NCBI GenBank assembly: GCA_029939635.1
Contig: JAOZSN010000003.1
Location: 1-40,389 of the forward strand
Direction: 5' to 3'
DNA: 40,389 bases
Origin: Deltaproteobacteria bacterium
Lineage (GTDB): Bacteria; Desulfobacterota; Desulfobulbia; Desulfobulbales; SURF-16
This document shows, one piece after another, positions 8,033-17,419 of this stretch. Under the pieces are notes generated by a model, which was given only the letters and a program-made list of their open reading frames with translations, ran no database searches and had not been told where the DNA came from. Position numbers and translations under genes: made by a program. Position 1 is the first letter of the stretch, and each line of letters opens with the position of its first letter.

Positions 8033-9745
8033 ATGAATTATTGCAGCAACAAACTTCATGTCCTGGTGGATTCCCGGGAATCGTCAATCTCCGGGGCCAT
8101 GCTTTATTTTCAGGAGCAGGGCCAGCCGGAGTTAGCATTGGTTGAGCATATCAGGGTCACCTCTTTTCCCCAGCGCTTTGCGGTGCTGTTGGCCAACTGT
8201 GGGGCCCAGGATGAACTGCTTATAGCTGTGCAATATCTGCCGCCAGAGCAGTTGGAACTGGCCGCCCTCCAGCTGGAGAGTTGCGATAATCGGCCTGGGC
8301 AGATCACCATGCTCAGCTATGACTGTTTTTCCCACCTTGAGTTGTGGTGTAAAAAGCACGACATTATTTTTCGCCATAACCCCCTCCAGGGCCGGGAGCT
8401 GAGCAATGAGTCATGCCATGAGATTGAGGAGTATTTAACTGGCCAGCGAGAGACTATCTCCGGTCCCCAGAAATTTAGTCTGGAACGGATCTGGATTCAG
8501 TACCGCTTGATACTGGCCATTATTGCCCGCCTTGAGTTGCTGGGGGAGATTATTCGCCAGCTCATCTTAGGCCAGCCTGGCCCCGGTAACAGCAAGGAGG
8601 GGGAATATGCCAGGGGCCTGCGTTATTTCAGTCTTGGTGAACCAGATATGGCCGGCGGTAGTTACTCCTGCGAGCAAGAGCAACAAAACGGTATTGATCT
8701 GCTGCGGGAGCGGGTCAACCTCATTGCGGCCACGGATTACCATGTTCTGCTCAGTGGCGATTCCGGCACCGGCAAGGAGGCTCTGGCCTGGGTGATTCAT
8801 GAATTCAGCACCCGTCGGGATCAGCCATTTCTGGCCATTAACTGTGCCGGGTTATCTGATCAGTTGCTGGAGAGTGAGATGTTTGGTTATCTGAAGGGCT
8901 CCCATAACCAGGCCTACGAAGAACATCTCGGTTTTTTGGAACGGGTGGATGGCGGCACCCTGTTTCTCGATGAACTGCCAGAGATGAGCCCCAGGATTCA
9001 GGCTAAACTGCTCCGCTTCCTGGAAAACGGCGAGTACCGGCCCTTGGGTGCGGCTGAGAATCGTTATGCCACGGTCCGCATAATTGCCGCTGGTCAGCCA
9101 GAGCTGCTGGCCGATCCCCAGCGGGTTCGGGTTGATTTGAAAAGTCGGATTGGCCAACTGGATGCCCATGCCCCGGCCCTCCAGGAGCTGGAGGAGATGC
9201 AGGCCGGAACCATCCTCAAGATTGCCTTCATCCTCCTCGAACGTTACACCTGGACTACGACCTTTCGCCAGCAGCAAAGGGTAACGGTATCACCGGCAGA
9301 CATCCAGCAGTACCAGCAAAAACTTGGCAGCCAGTATGGCGAGCTCATTGCCCGCTTCCCCTGGGCAGATTCAAATGTCCGAGAATTGAATAATTTCCTG
9401 CGGCGCTGGCTTGTTATTGGTGACGGTGAGTTCAGGCAATTGCAGCAGAAAGGTGGTTCCGGGCCTGATAGTAGGCCAGCAAACCGCCCTGAGCCAGAGC
9501 TGTTTGATAATAAACTGGCCGAATATCTTCAGGTTCCGACCAGCCGAGCAGGGTTGAAGGAGTTGCTGGCCCAAAAACCCCTAGCCAATATCAAAAAGGC
9601 CTATGTCCGTCATTTATTTGCGGCCTACGCCAACATCGTGGTCCAGGAAAATGAGGACAGGGATATGCCCAGACGTCCCACCCAGAAGGAACTGGCATTA
9701 CTGATGCAGGTCACGGAAAACACCCTCAGTCGCTATCGCAGTTAA
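8033..9745 (+). CDS. Sigma-54-interaction-domain (AAA+) transcriptional regulator, atypical
   Basis: Walker A GDSGTGKE, Walker B GTLFLDEL, RFLENGEYRPLG, and a C-terminal HTH (PTQKELALLMQVTENTLSRYR). The GAFTGA position reads GYLKGSHNQA. The start is taken at ATG 8033 (MNYCSN); the ORF track begins at GTG 7991. Confidence 0.85.
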   Translation: MNYCSNKLHVLVDSRESSISGAMLYFQEQGQPELALVEHIRVTSFPQRFAVLLANCGAQDELLIAVQYLPPEQLELAALQLESCDNRPGQITMLSYDCFSHLELWCKKHDIIFRHNPLQGRELSNESCHEIEEYLTGQRETISGPQKFSLERIWIQYRLILAIIARLELLGEIIRQLILGQPGPGNSKEGEYARGLRYFSLGEPDMAGGSYSCEQEQQNGIDLLRERVNLIAATDYHVLLSGDSGTGKEALAWVIHEFSTRRDQPFLAINCAGLSDQLLESEMFGYLKGSHNQAYEEHLGFLERVDGGTLFLDELPEMSPRIQAKLLRFLENGEYRPLGAAENRYATVRIIAAGQPELLADPQRVRVDLKSRIGQLDAHAPALQELEEMQAGTILKIAFILLERYTWTTTFRQQQRVTVSPADIQQYQQKLGSQYGELIARFPWADSNVRELNNFLRRWLVIGDGEFRQLQQKGGSGPDSRPANRPEPELFDNKLAEYLQVPTSRAGLKELLAQKPLANIKKAYVRHLFAAYANIVVQENEDRDMPRRPTQKELALLMQVTENTLSRYRS

Positions 9746-9765
9746 TTTATGGATGGTGGACAGCT

Positions 9766-11514
9766 CTAGCGAGTAGATAGTAATTGACCCATGGCTCGAT
9801 AGACATAGAGTAACAGGCCAACAAATACCAACAGTAAGGCCAGGGCAAGGAAATTATCGCCAAACTTGAATTGCCAGATGAAGAAGTAGGGCAAGATATA
9901 GGTCGCGGCAAAGACCAGACAGAGAAACACCCTTCTTTTCAGCTGATACTCTTCTTTGGCCATACCTGGTGGCCAAATACCACCTGTGCCTGTTTTTCGG
10001 ACAAACAAGGCAAGATGCTCTGCCCTGTCCGGCTGGGTGCAAGCCATGACCATGAGCCAGGTGGAGACAACCAACACCGTTAAAATAATCAGCTTCAGGG
10101 GATAATAGGAAAGGCTAAGGTGGTTGCATAAAAGATCAATCTGGCCATGGAAACCAAGGTGATTTTGATATAAGCCGTCAAAGATGAGGGTATAAACCAG
10201 GGAGCTGAGCATGGCACTGATCTGGGTCCAGGCGTTAATCCGCCACCAGAACCAACGGAGTAGGAAAACAGGAGCCACCCCGGCACTGATGGAAAAGATG
10301 AATTTTTGCAGGCTGATAATCCTGTCATGCTGAAAGGCAAAGACCAGGGAGATGGTGGCCACAATCAGCATGGCCGCAAATGAGAGCCAGCGGTAATGGC
10401 AGTCGCTGCCATTTTTATAGAGATATGTCTGGCAGATATCAACGGTAAGCAGCCCCCCACCCCAATTAATGATGCTCTCCAGGGTGGTGATAAAACTTAC
10501 CAGCACCGCGATAAGGACAAAGGCCCTGAAGCCATCGGGTAGATATTTCAGGGCAACGTGTAGATAAAAGGCCTCGTGATCAATATCTGCTGGCCTGGCC
10601 TGGTAATACTCCAGCAGGGCGCAGTCCCAGGTAATGCTCACCAATAAAAACATGAAACTGGTTATGAGGATGGGCAGGAACAGGTTGCGAAAGGATTCGA
10701 ATTGATTCTTGGCCTGGAAATGGCGCTGGGCGCAATGGTCAGAGTTATCAATAATATAGACCGACCACCATTGGATCATAATAAAAACCAGGAAATTGCT
10801 AAGGGCGGTACCCCCATCATCTTTCTGAAAGGTGGGCACCAGGGCGATCTTGTCAGCCATTAATGCTGGCAGGGTTTCATAGACCTCTGCGGTCCCACCA
10901 TGGCCTTTTAACAAAAAGTAACAGACAATGGCCGGGGCGCTGATGCAGATGGCGGCATGAAAGCAATCAGTACGAATTTTTTGATGAAATGAATTTTTAA
11001 AGATCAGCAGGAACAGGCAGCCAGAGAGCAGTAGTTCCGGAGAAAGGGGTAGTTCAGGCAGGGAAACGGCCAGTAATTTACGCAAGGCCAGGACAATAAA
11101 GGCCCCAAAAAATGGGATGACAAAGAGAGCCAGAAATAGGGCTCGAAAGATATGGAGATATCTGCCGCTGTTGCCGGAATAACGCAGACGGATCAGCTCG
11201 TTATCGGTTTGAAAATGCAACCTGGCCCACATAGGGGCAAAGAGGATGGCAGGCACCCCGGCCAGCCAGAAGCGATCCTTGAGGATCCATAGGCCTGAAT
11301 AACCGTTTTCCAGAATAATGCCCATACTCATCATGTCTCGCATGGGACTCCACTCAATCATCAGCAGGGATGAGGAAAGCAGCAACCAGGCTGGTCGTTT
11401 ATCCTCCCCGAACATTTGGACAAATTTTTTGGCCCGGTAGAGGATGGAGAGGATGATAAGGGCGCTTAGGTAGAGGGCGAGAACCCACAGATCAATAGGG
11501 GAGAATGATAGCAT
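9766..11514 (-). CDS. Polytopic membrane transporter, sodium:solute symporter (SSS)-like
   Basis: 582 aa with at least 12 predicted TM helices. The N-terminal pattern (DLWVLALYLSALIILSILYRAKK ... RPAWLLLSSSLLMIEWS, LIRLRYSG) resembles SSS family members. The family assignment is tentative. Confidence 0.6.
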   Translation of the reverse strand: MLSFSPIDLWVLALYLSALIILSILYRAKKFVQMFGEDKRPAWLLLSSSLLMIEWSPMRDMMSMGIILENGYSGLWILKDRFWLAGVPAILFAPMWARLHFQTDNELIRLRYSGNSGRYLHIFRALFLALFVIPFFGAFIVLALRKLLAVSLPELPLSPELLLSGCLFLLIFKNSFHQKIRTDCFHAAICISAPAIVCYFLLKGHGGTAEVYETLPALMADKIALVPTFQKDDGGTALSNFLVFIMIQWWSVYIIDNSDHCAQRHFQAKNQFESFRNLFLPILITSFMFLLVSITWDCALLEYYQARPADIDHEAFYLHVALKYLPDGFRAFVLIAVLVSFITTLESIINWGGGLLTVDICQTYLYKNGSDCHYRWLSFAAMLIVATISLVFAFQHDRIISLQKFIFSISAGVAPVFLLRWFWWRINAWTQISAMLSSLVYTLIFDGLYQNHLGFHGQIDLLCNHLSLSYYPLKLIILTVLVVSTWLMVMACTQPDRAEHLALFVRKTGTGGIWPPGMAKEEYQLKRRVFLCLVFAATYILPYFFIWQFKFGDNFLALALLLVFVGLLLYVYRAMGQLLSTR

Positions 11515-11545
11515 TGATGAGGGGGATTAGGGTAAGTATCTTGTC

Positions 11546-13231
11546 TTAGCGAAGGGTGCGGCTGTAGGCATCAACACCTTGGGCAATGCTATGGGCCAGA
11601 GAGGTGAGGTAGCTATTACTGCGCAGTCGCTTTTCTTCGGTTTTGTTGCTGACAAAGCCAATCTCAGTGAGAACCGAGGGCATGCTGGCACCAATAAGGA
11701 CGATGAAGGGCGCTTTTTTGACGCCTAGGTTACGGGTGGAAGGGTAGCTCTGGCGCAGGTCATTTACCATGGTACGCTGCATCACCCCAGCCATTTTTTT
11801 CGACTCATTGATCTTTGAGTTTTTCATCAGGTCAGAGAGGATATCCTGCAGAGCAGAGAGCTGCATGGAGGAGACGGCGTTTTCAAGGGCAGCAGCGGCA
11901 CGTTCCTCTGGGGTCGTGGCCAGGCTCAGGTAATAGGTTTCCACGCCATTGGCTCGACGGTTGGGGGCTGAGTTGGCATGGATGGAGACAAAGAGGTCGC
12001 CACCCTTGGTGTTGGCAATGGCGGTGCGTTCCTCTAGGGGGATAAATTTGTCACTGTCACGGGTGAGGATCACCTTGTAGCCTTTACGGCGTAATTCATC
12101 ACGTACCTTGCGGGCGACACGTAGGACAACATCTTTTTCCTGTAGACCGCTGATGCCGATGGCGCCAGGATCCTTGCCGCCATGCCCAGCATCAATGATC
12201 ACAGTCTTGACACCAAGCCCAAGCTGTTCCGCCAGGGTGTAATGGCGTCCTGTCTTGTTTGGGCGCGATTTGCGCTGGCGAGGCACCAGTTGCTTCACCT
12301 CTTTGCCGTGCACATCAATAACCACGCGGAATGGCTCCAAGAGGCTGAAAACCTTGTAGCGTCCAACAGATTCCATATCAAGGACAACCCGGGTGGTGGA
12401 TGGGTTAAATTGGGCGGCACGAGAACGTTTGAGCAGCCCGTCCTGGATGATGACTGGGTTTTGAAAGGTGCGGGGGATGCGAGTGTCCGACAGGTCAACA
12501 TAGAGGCGGCGTGGCGTATTGTCTTGGGCGTCAAGGATATGATCTTTAAAGCGCACAGGAGCAGAGGTCTCAATGACCACACGGGTATAGTTGTCACTGG
12601 ACCAGAAACGTATGGGGCCAGTAACATAGGCGGAACTGGGGGTAGGTAGGAGTGTGATCGGTGCGGCGGTTTCCTGGCCCGCCCGCTCTTTGGCATGTTC
12701 TTTAAGGCGCTGCAGGAGAAAACCAGCGGTGTTTTTTGCCTCTGGCTCAGTACCATAGCTGGTCAGGGCCTTGGCTAGCAGTCGTTCTTTATTTAGTATA
12801 CCTTCCTTATTCTTTAAAACCAAACGCCCCAGGGAGGCCATACCGCTTTCTGCCAGTTCATGGTTGGGGAAGTGGAAGATAAGATCTTCATAAAAGTCAG
12901 CTGATTTTTTTAGATCCTGGCGCTGCTTATGCTGCTGGTAGGACTTATTATACACCTTGCCCAACATGTACAAGGCCTTGGGGGCAACGGTGGTGTGCTC
13001 TGGATTTGAGTCATATGCCTTTTTAAACAGCGAGGCAGAGTAGAGCCAGTCGCTGCGGCTGGGAGATTTACTCTTAAAGCCAACAATGGTGTGGTAATGG
13101 GCTGCCGCCTGGGAGTAGCGTTTGCTGGTGATGTCGGGTGCATTGGTGGCTGCCAGGCAGATGGCTGAGGGTTGAAGGATGAAGAGGGTAAGGCACAGTA
13201 TAAAAAAGGAAAAGATTTGAATATTGAACAT
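11546..13231 (-). CDS. N-acetylmuramoyl-L-alanine amidase (AmiC-like, with AMIN domain)
   Basis: Amidase_3 motifs (IIDAGHGGKDPGA, FVSIHANS, GVETYYLS), an AMIN-like segment (IRFWSSDNYTRVVIETS) and an N-terminal signal peptide. All candidate starts (13231, 13303, 13342) lie inside repeat element A. Confidence 0.88.
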   Translation of the reverse strand: MFNIQIFSFFILCLTLFILQPSAICLAATNAPDITSKRYSQAAAHYHTIVGFKSKSPSRSDWLYSASLFKKAYDSNPEHTTVAPKALYMLGKVYNKSYQQHKQRQDLKKSADFYEDLIFHFPNHELAESGMASLGRLVLKNKEGILNKERLLAKALTSYGTEPEAKNTAGFLLQRLKEHAKERAGQETAAPITLLPTPSSAYVTGPIRFWSSDNYTRVVIETSAPVRFKDHILDAQDNTPRRLYVDLSDTRIPRTFQNPVIIQDGLLKRSRAAQFNPSTTRVVLDMESVGRYKVFSLLEPFRVVIDVHGKEVKQLVPRQRKSRPNKTGRHYTLAEQLGLGVKTVIIDAGHGGKDPGAIGISGLQEKDVVLRVARKVRDELRRKGYKVILTRDSDKFIPLEERTAIANTKGGDLFVSIHANSAPNRRANGVETYYLSLATTPEERAAAALENAVSSMQLSALQDILSDLMKNSKINESKKMAGVMQRTMVNDLRQSYPSTRNLGVKKAPFIVLIGASMPSVLTEIGFVSNKTEEKRLRSNSYLTSLAHSIAQGVDAYSRTLR

Positions 13232-13345
13232 CGAACATCGAACATCGAATTTTAAATAAGGTAATTGTTTTGTTGAATCGTGCCAGCGCAGCGTCTTCCG
13301 CATTGGATGTTCAGTGTTCAATGTTCGATGTTCGATGTTCATCTG
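13219..13345. repeat. Heptamer-armed inverted-repeat element, copy A (ORF-less)
   Basis: The left arm GAATATTGAACATCGAACATCGAACATCGAAT and right arm CATTGGATGTTCAGTGTTCAATGTTCGATGTTCGATGTTCATCTG flank a core with AATAAGGTA...TTGAATC...GCGCAGCG.CTTCC.CATT, homologous to copies B-E. It starts 1 nt after the mutS stop. Confidence 0.85.
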
Positions 13346-16030
13346 TTAGCTATCTTCCGCTTCGCTCTTCAGCTCATACAGCAAATTCAAAGCCTCCAAG
13401 GGGCTTATACTGTCCAAGGATAACCCTGCCACCTTTTCTTTAAAGCTGTCTGGTGCCTTGGGAAAGAGGGTAAGTTGGTTTGGCTCTCCTTTCTTGGCTG
13501 GAGGGCCAGGGGCAATAACCGGTGTGCCCTGGGCGTTTAGTTCTCCTGATTCAATATTGTGGAGGATCTCTTTGGCACGCTTGACTACATTTTTTGGCAC
13601 ACCAGCCAAGGCAGCTACCTGGATACCATAACTGCGGCTGGTGCCGCCGGCCAGTAATTTATGCAGGAAGATGATGGTGTCATCCCATTCACGTACACCA
13701 ATATGGAAATTTTTTACTCGTTTATGGGTTAAAGCAATCTCGGTAAGCTCATGATAATGGGTGGCAAAGATGGTTTTGCAGCCCTTGCCTTGCAGGTTGA
13801 CTAACTCTTCGGTGACAGCCCAGGCAATGGACAGGCCGTCAAAGGTAGAGGTGCCACGACCTATCTCGTCAAGGATGACTAGACTATGTGCCGTGGCATT
13901 GTTGAGGATATTTGCTGTCTCATTCATCTCCACCATAAAGGTGGATTGGCCGCGGCGCAGATCATCCATGGCTCCTACCCTGGTGAAAATACGATCCACC
14001 ACGCCGATTCTGGCTTCCTGGGCCGGCACAAAGGAACCCATCTGCGCCATGAGGGTGATGAGTGCTGTCTGGCGCAGCACCGTTGATTTGCCGGCCATGT
14101 TGGGGCCGGTAATAATGAGCACCTCTTGCCTGCTCTGATCCAGGTGGATATCGTTGGGCACAAAGCGACCACTGGCCAGAGAGCGTTCAATAACCGGGTG
14201 ACGTCCTTCCTTGATGATGATTTCATCACTGGTGTCAACCTGGGGCCGGGTGAAATGATAGCGTCGGGCTGCCTCGGCCATGGCTGTGTAAAAGTCTGTT
14301 GTGGCAACAAAGGCAGCTGCTGCCAGGATGCGAGAAGAGGCAGCAGCTATTTGGTTGCGGATCTCACTGAAGAGTTGGTATTCCAGTTCCAGTCGTTTTT
14401 CCTCTGCCCCTAAGACCTTGGCCTCAAACTCTTTAAGTTCCGGCGTGATAAAACGCTCGGCATTAGCCAGGGTCTGTTTGCGGATGTAGTGTTCCGGTAC
14501 CTTGTCCTGTTGGGCGCGGCTCACCTCAAGGAAGTAACCAAACACTTTGTTGAAGCCAATCTTCAGTTTGGCAATGCCGGTGCGTTCGCGCTCTTGACTC
14601 TCCAGGCCGAGGATGAGGCCTTTGCCATCTCTAAGGATATGGAGGAGTTCATCCAGCTCACTGTGGAATCCTTGCTTAATAAGCTTGCCTTCGCGTAATC
14701 CAACAGGTGAATCGTCGCGAATGGCCTCATCTAGTAAGGTTTGCATGTCTGTTACGGTGTCGAGTTTGACTGCCTCATCATGCAATATGCCTTGGCTGTT
14801 AGCGCAGAGTTCTTGTAAGCGCGGTAAGGTAGTGAGGGAGTGTTTAAGGGCGGTAAGGTCTCGGGCATTGGCAGACCCCAACACCACACGGCTGTTGAGC
14901 CGTTCCAGGTCATAGACCCCGTCCAGTAATTCGCGCAGTTCTTCGCGGATAGCCGTACCCGTGGCTTGGTGTTGCAGGCCCATGAGATCGGCCTGCACAG
15001 GGCCACCTCCATGGAAGAAGGCCACTGTGTCCAGGCGAGCATTAATGCGTATGGCGTCACGTAAGGGAAAGAGCAGGTTCTTTTTTAACAGCCGTGCCCC
15101 CATGGGGGTCTGGGTCAGGTCAAGGTTGGCAAGCAAGGAACCCTCGCGTTTGCCACCGATAATGGTTTGGGTCAGCTCAAGGTTGCGGCGTGAGGATTCA
15201 TCCAGCATGAGGATGGCTTCGCGTTCAATAAGGGTGAGGCGTTCAATATGGTTCAGGCTTGCCTTTTGGCTTTCTTGGATATAGTTGAGAAGGCCTCCTG
15301 CTGCCGCAATGCCGGCCTTAAACTGCTCACACCCAAAACCAGCCAGGTTGGTGGTTTGAAAATGTTCCAGCAGGGTCTCTCTGGCTGTTTCTGGGTGAAA
15401 GAGGGCGTGGGGTCGGGGGGTGAGGCAGAGGGTGGGCATGACCTCCAAGGCTTCGGTGAGGGTAGGGTCATCCTGTAGCTTCTCGGGCAGTAATAGCTCT
15501 GCCGGGGCCAGACGGCCAAGCTCTTCTATAACCTCAGCCAAATCCTCTGCCTCGCTGACCAGGAATTCACCGGTGGAGATGTCAAGCAGGCTGACGCCCC
15601 ATGTATGGTTGAAGGCAATGGCAGCCAGGTAACGGTTGCTTTTGTCGTCCAGTACAGCATCTTCGGTGACCACACCGGGGCTCACCACTCGTACCACCTC
15701 ACGCTTAACCACGCCTTTGGCGGTCTTCGGGTCTTCAACCTGTTCGCAGACGGCCACTCGATAGCCATTATTAACCAATTTGGCCAAATAGGAGGCCCCT
15801 GCATGGTGAGGTACACCGCAAAGTGGCACCCTGTTTTCATCATCCTTGCTGTTGCGCGAGGTAAGGGTGATGCCTAAGACCTTTGAGGCGGTGATGGCAT
15901 CATCAAAGAACATCTCATAGAAATCACCTAGCCGGTAAAAGAGTATGGCATCAGCATGCTGTTCCTTAATCTCTAGATATTGGCGCATCATGGGAGTTAT
16001 TTTAGGTTTGCTTTTCTTTTTTGTGGCCAT
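13346..16030 (-). CDS. mutS: DNA mismatch repair protein MutS
   Basis: 894 aa with the full-length MutS pattern: TPMMRQYLEIK, the GDFYEMF mismatch-binding motif, Walker A GPNMAGKST and the ST(F)MVEM motif. Confidence 0.97.
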   Translation of the reverse strand: MATKKKSKPKITPMMRQYLEIKEQHADAILFYRLGDFYEMFFDDAITASKVLGITLTSRNSKDDENRVPLCGVPHHAGASYLAKLVNNGYRVAVCEQVEDPKTAKGVVKREVVRVVSPGVVTEDAVLDDKSNRYLAAIAFNHTWGVSLLDISTGEFLVSEAEDLAEVIEELGRLAPAELLLPEKLQDDPTLTEALEVMPTLCLTPRPHALFHPETARETLLEHFQTTNLAGFGCEQFKAGIAAAGGLLNYIQESQKASLNHIERLTLIEREAILMLDESSRRNLELTQTIIGGKREGSLLANLDLTQTPMGARLLKKNLLFPLRDAIRINARLDTVAFFHGGGPVQADLMGLQHQATGTAIREELRELLDGVYDLERLNSRVVLGSANARDLTALKHSLTTLPRLQELCANSQGILHDEAVKLDTVTDMQTLLDEAIRDDSPVGLREGKLIKQGFHSELDELLHILRDGKGLILGLESQERERTGIAKLKIGFNKVFGYFLEVSRAQQDKVPEHYIRKQTLANAERFITPELKEFEAKVLGAEEKRLELEYQLFSEIRNQIAAASSRILAAAAFVATTDFYTAMAEAARRYHFTRPQVDTSDEIIIKEGRHPVIERSLASGRFVPNDIHLDQSRQEVLIITGPNMAGKSTVLRQTALITLMAQMGSFVPAQEARIGVVDRIFTRVGAMDDLRRGQSTFMVEMNETANILNNATAHSLVILDEIGRGTSTFDGLSIAWAVTEELVNLQGKGCKTIFATHYHELTEIALTHKRVKNFHIGVREWDDTIIFLHKLLAGGTSRSYGIQVAALAGVPKNVVKRAKEILHNIESGELNAQGTPVIAPGPPAKKGEPNQLTLFPKAPDSFKEKVAGLSLDSISPLEALNLLYELKSEAEDS

Positions 16031-16074
16031 GTTTATTTTTTTAGAAGATGAACAGGGGGTTAATCTTTTGTTAT

Positions 16075-16566
16075 TCAGAAGTGCCGAGGAACCTCATATA
16101 TCTTAGCACTAAGACCACCCTTGGTTTCAAGGATGGCAAAGGTTCCGGGGGTGCCATAACGTCCAGTGCCGGTGAAGCTGCCTGGGTTAACAAAGAGGGT
16201 GTCAAAGAGGCGGTGGCAGACAGGACGATGGGTATGGCCAGAGACAATGCAGTCCACTTCTTCAAAATGGTTGAGAAGGTTCTCCTCCACGTTGGTACGA
16301 TATTCACGACCATGGGTCAGGCCAAAGCGATAACCATCAATTTCGATCACTGCTTCCTGGGGCAGAGTCTGGTAAGAGGAGGGGTGGCACATATTACCAT
16401 GGACACCATGTACCTCTTTGCCTGCAAAGGCCTGCAGAATTGAAATGTCGGTGAGGTCTCCGGCATGGAGAATAACCGGGCAATGGGCAAAGCAGAGCTG
16501 TATCTGTTGTAAGAACAGCTCTGAAGGGGCATTAAGATGGGTGTCTGACAGGATACCAATTTTCAT
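16075..16566 (-). CDS. Metallophosphoesterase, YfcE/MJ0936 family
   Basis: 163 aa with motifs ILSDTH, HAGD, GNMC (GNCD-like), LTHG and SGHTH in canonical order. Confidence 0.88.
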   Translation of the reverse strand: MKIGILSDTHLNAPSELFLQQIQLCFAHCPVILHAGDLTDISILQAFAGKEVHGVHGNMCHPSSYQTLPQEAVIEIDGYRFGLTHGREYRTNVEENLLNHFEEVDCIVSGHTHRPVCHRLFDTLFVNPGSFTGTGRYGTPGTFAILETKGGLSAKIYEVPRHF

Positions 16567-16828
16567 GGATGAGAGTTGTTTATTTACCGTGGTAAGGGGA
16601 AGTGTTTAGCTCCCCTGAACCATAAACGAAAGGCCAGGAAATCTCAACAGCAAGGAGGGCTATCAATAAAGAGTTGGCGTTTCAGTCAATGCTAATGTAA
16701 AATACATAATGTATTTGAATAGATATCTTGTGTGTTTTTTGAGCACACGCTGATGGATAGTTATCTCTGAAATGATTAAACATGGTGGTGATTTTCCTGA
16801 ACCCCCGCCCCCTGGCACCTAGAAAAAA

Positions 16829-17368
16829 ATGTTACTTGGCGAAGCACTCATTGAAGCATCAATAATTTCGGCGGATCAGCTTAAAAAAGCGATTGTTGCC
16901 CAGCAGCGTTTCCCGAATCATTCTTTGGGGCGTATTATCGTTAAGCTTTTTGGCGTACCGGTGGAAATCGTTGAGACGACCTTTATCAAGAAGGTGGTCT
17001 TACCCTTTATAGATGAGTGGTTCCGGGAGGAGTTGGCCAAGAAACCCGGCATTGGAGGAGTTAACCTGGCAGACATGATTTCCAGCATTGATTTGGATCT
17101 CTCCTCGTATCGTCGCTATGAGGGTGAGCAGGTTTATTTTCAACGCAATGATCAGGGTTATTACGTCGAACAGAACAGAGATACCAAACTAGAGAAGATT
17201 TCTGTCAAAATAGATTTTTTTCTTGTTCGTACTATTCGTCGGCAGGAGGTGGTGCTGAAGGATGCCCTCTTTGAGGTGACCTTGGGGCGGAAGAGTATTC
17301 GGCCAGAGAATCCTGGTTTTGTGGCTGAGTACAGGTTGAAATTGCTGCATGCCATGAAAGAAAAGTAA
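16829..17368 (+). CDS. Hypothetical protein with a T2SSE_N/MshEN-like N-terminus
   Basis: 179-aa ORF. Residues 2-25 (LLGEALIEASIISADQLKKAIVAQQ) fit most positions of the GspE/MshE N-terminal helix motif. The remainder is unrecognised. Confidence 0.55.
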   Translation: MLLGEALIEASIISADQLKKAIVAQQRFPNHSLGRIIVKLFGVPVEIVETTFIKKVVLPFIDEWFREELAKKPGIGGVNLADMISSIDLDLSSYRRYEGEQVYFQRNDQGYYVEQNRDTKLEKISVKIDFFLVRTIRRQEVVLKDALFEVTLGRKSIRPENPGFVAEYRLKLLHAMKEK

Positions 17369-17419
17369 CTGTCCAGCTTACCCCATCTTGGCCCATTCGG
17401 AGTCTCTGTCTCCGCTTTC

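Noticed and set aside
13232-13342. N-terminal ORF extensions such as MNIEHRTLNTEH... (amidase), MFNVRRSSVKLKNKT (31908-31952), 24776-24871, 20004-20120, 37947-38048, 4952-5032 and 7991-8032
   Set aside because: The extensions are read-through of heptamer repeat arms or of upstream non-coding DNA. Downstream starts have better RBS or signal-peptide context and avoid overlap with neighbouring genes. The amidase case remains ambiguous and is discussed as a finding.
16567-16828. Possible ncRNA or sigma-54 site (CTGGCAC at about 16815) in the 262-bp divergent intergenic region
   Set aside because: The TGGCAC is followed by CTAGAAAAAAA with no -12 GC element. I could see no tRNA-like or conserved structured RNA, only small palindromes.
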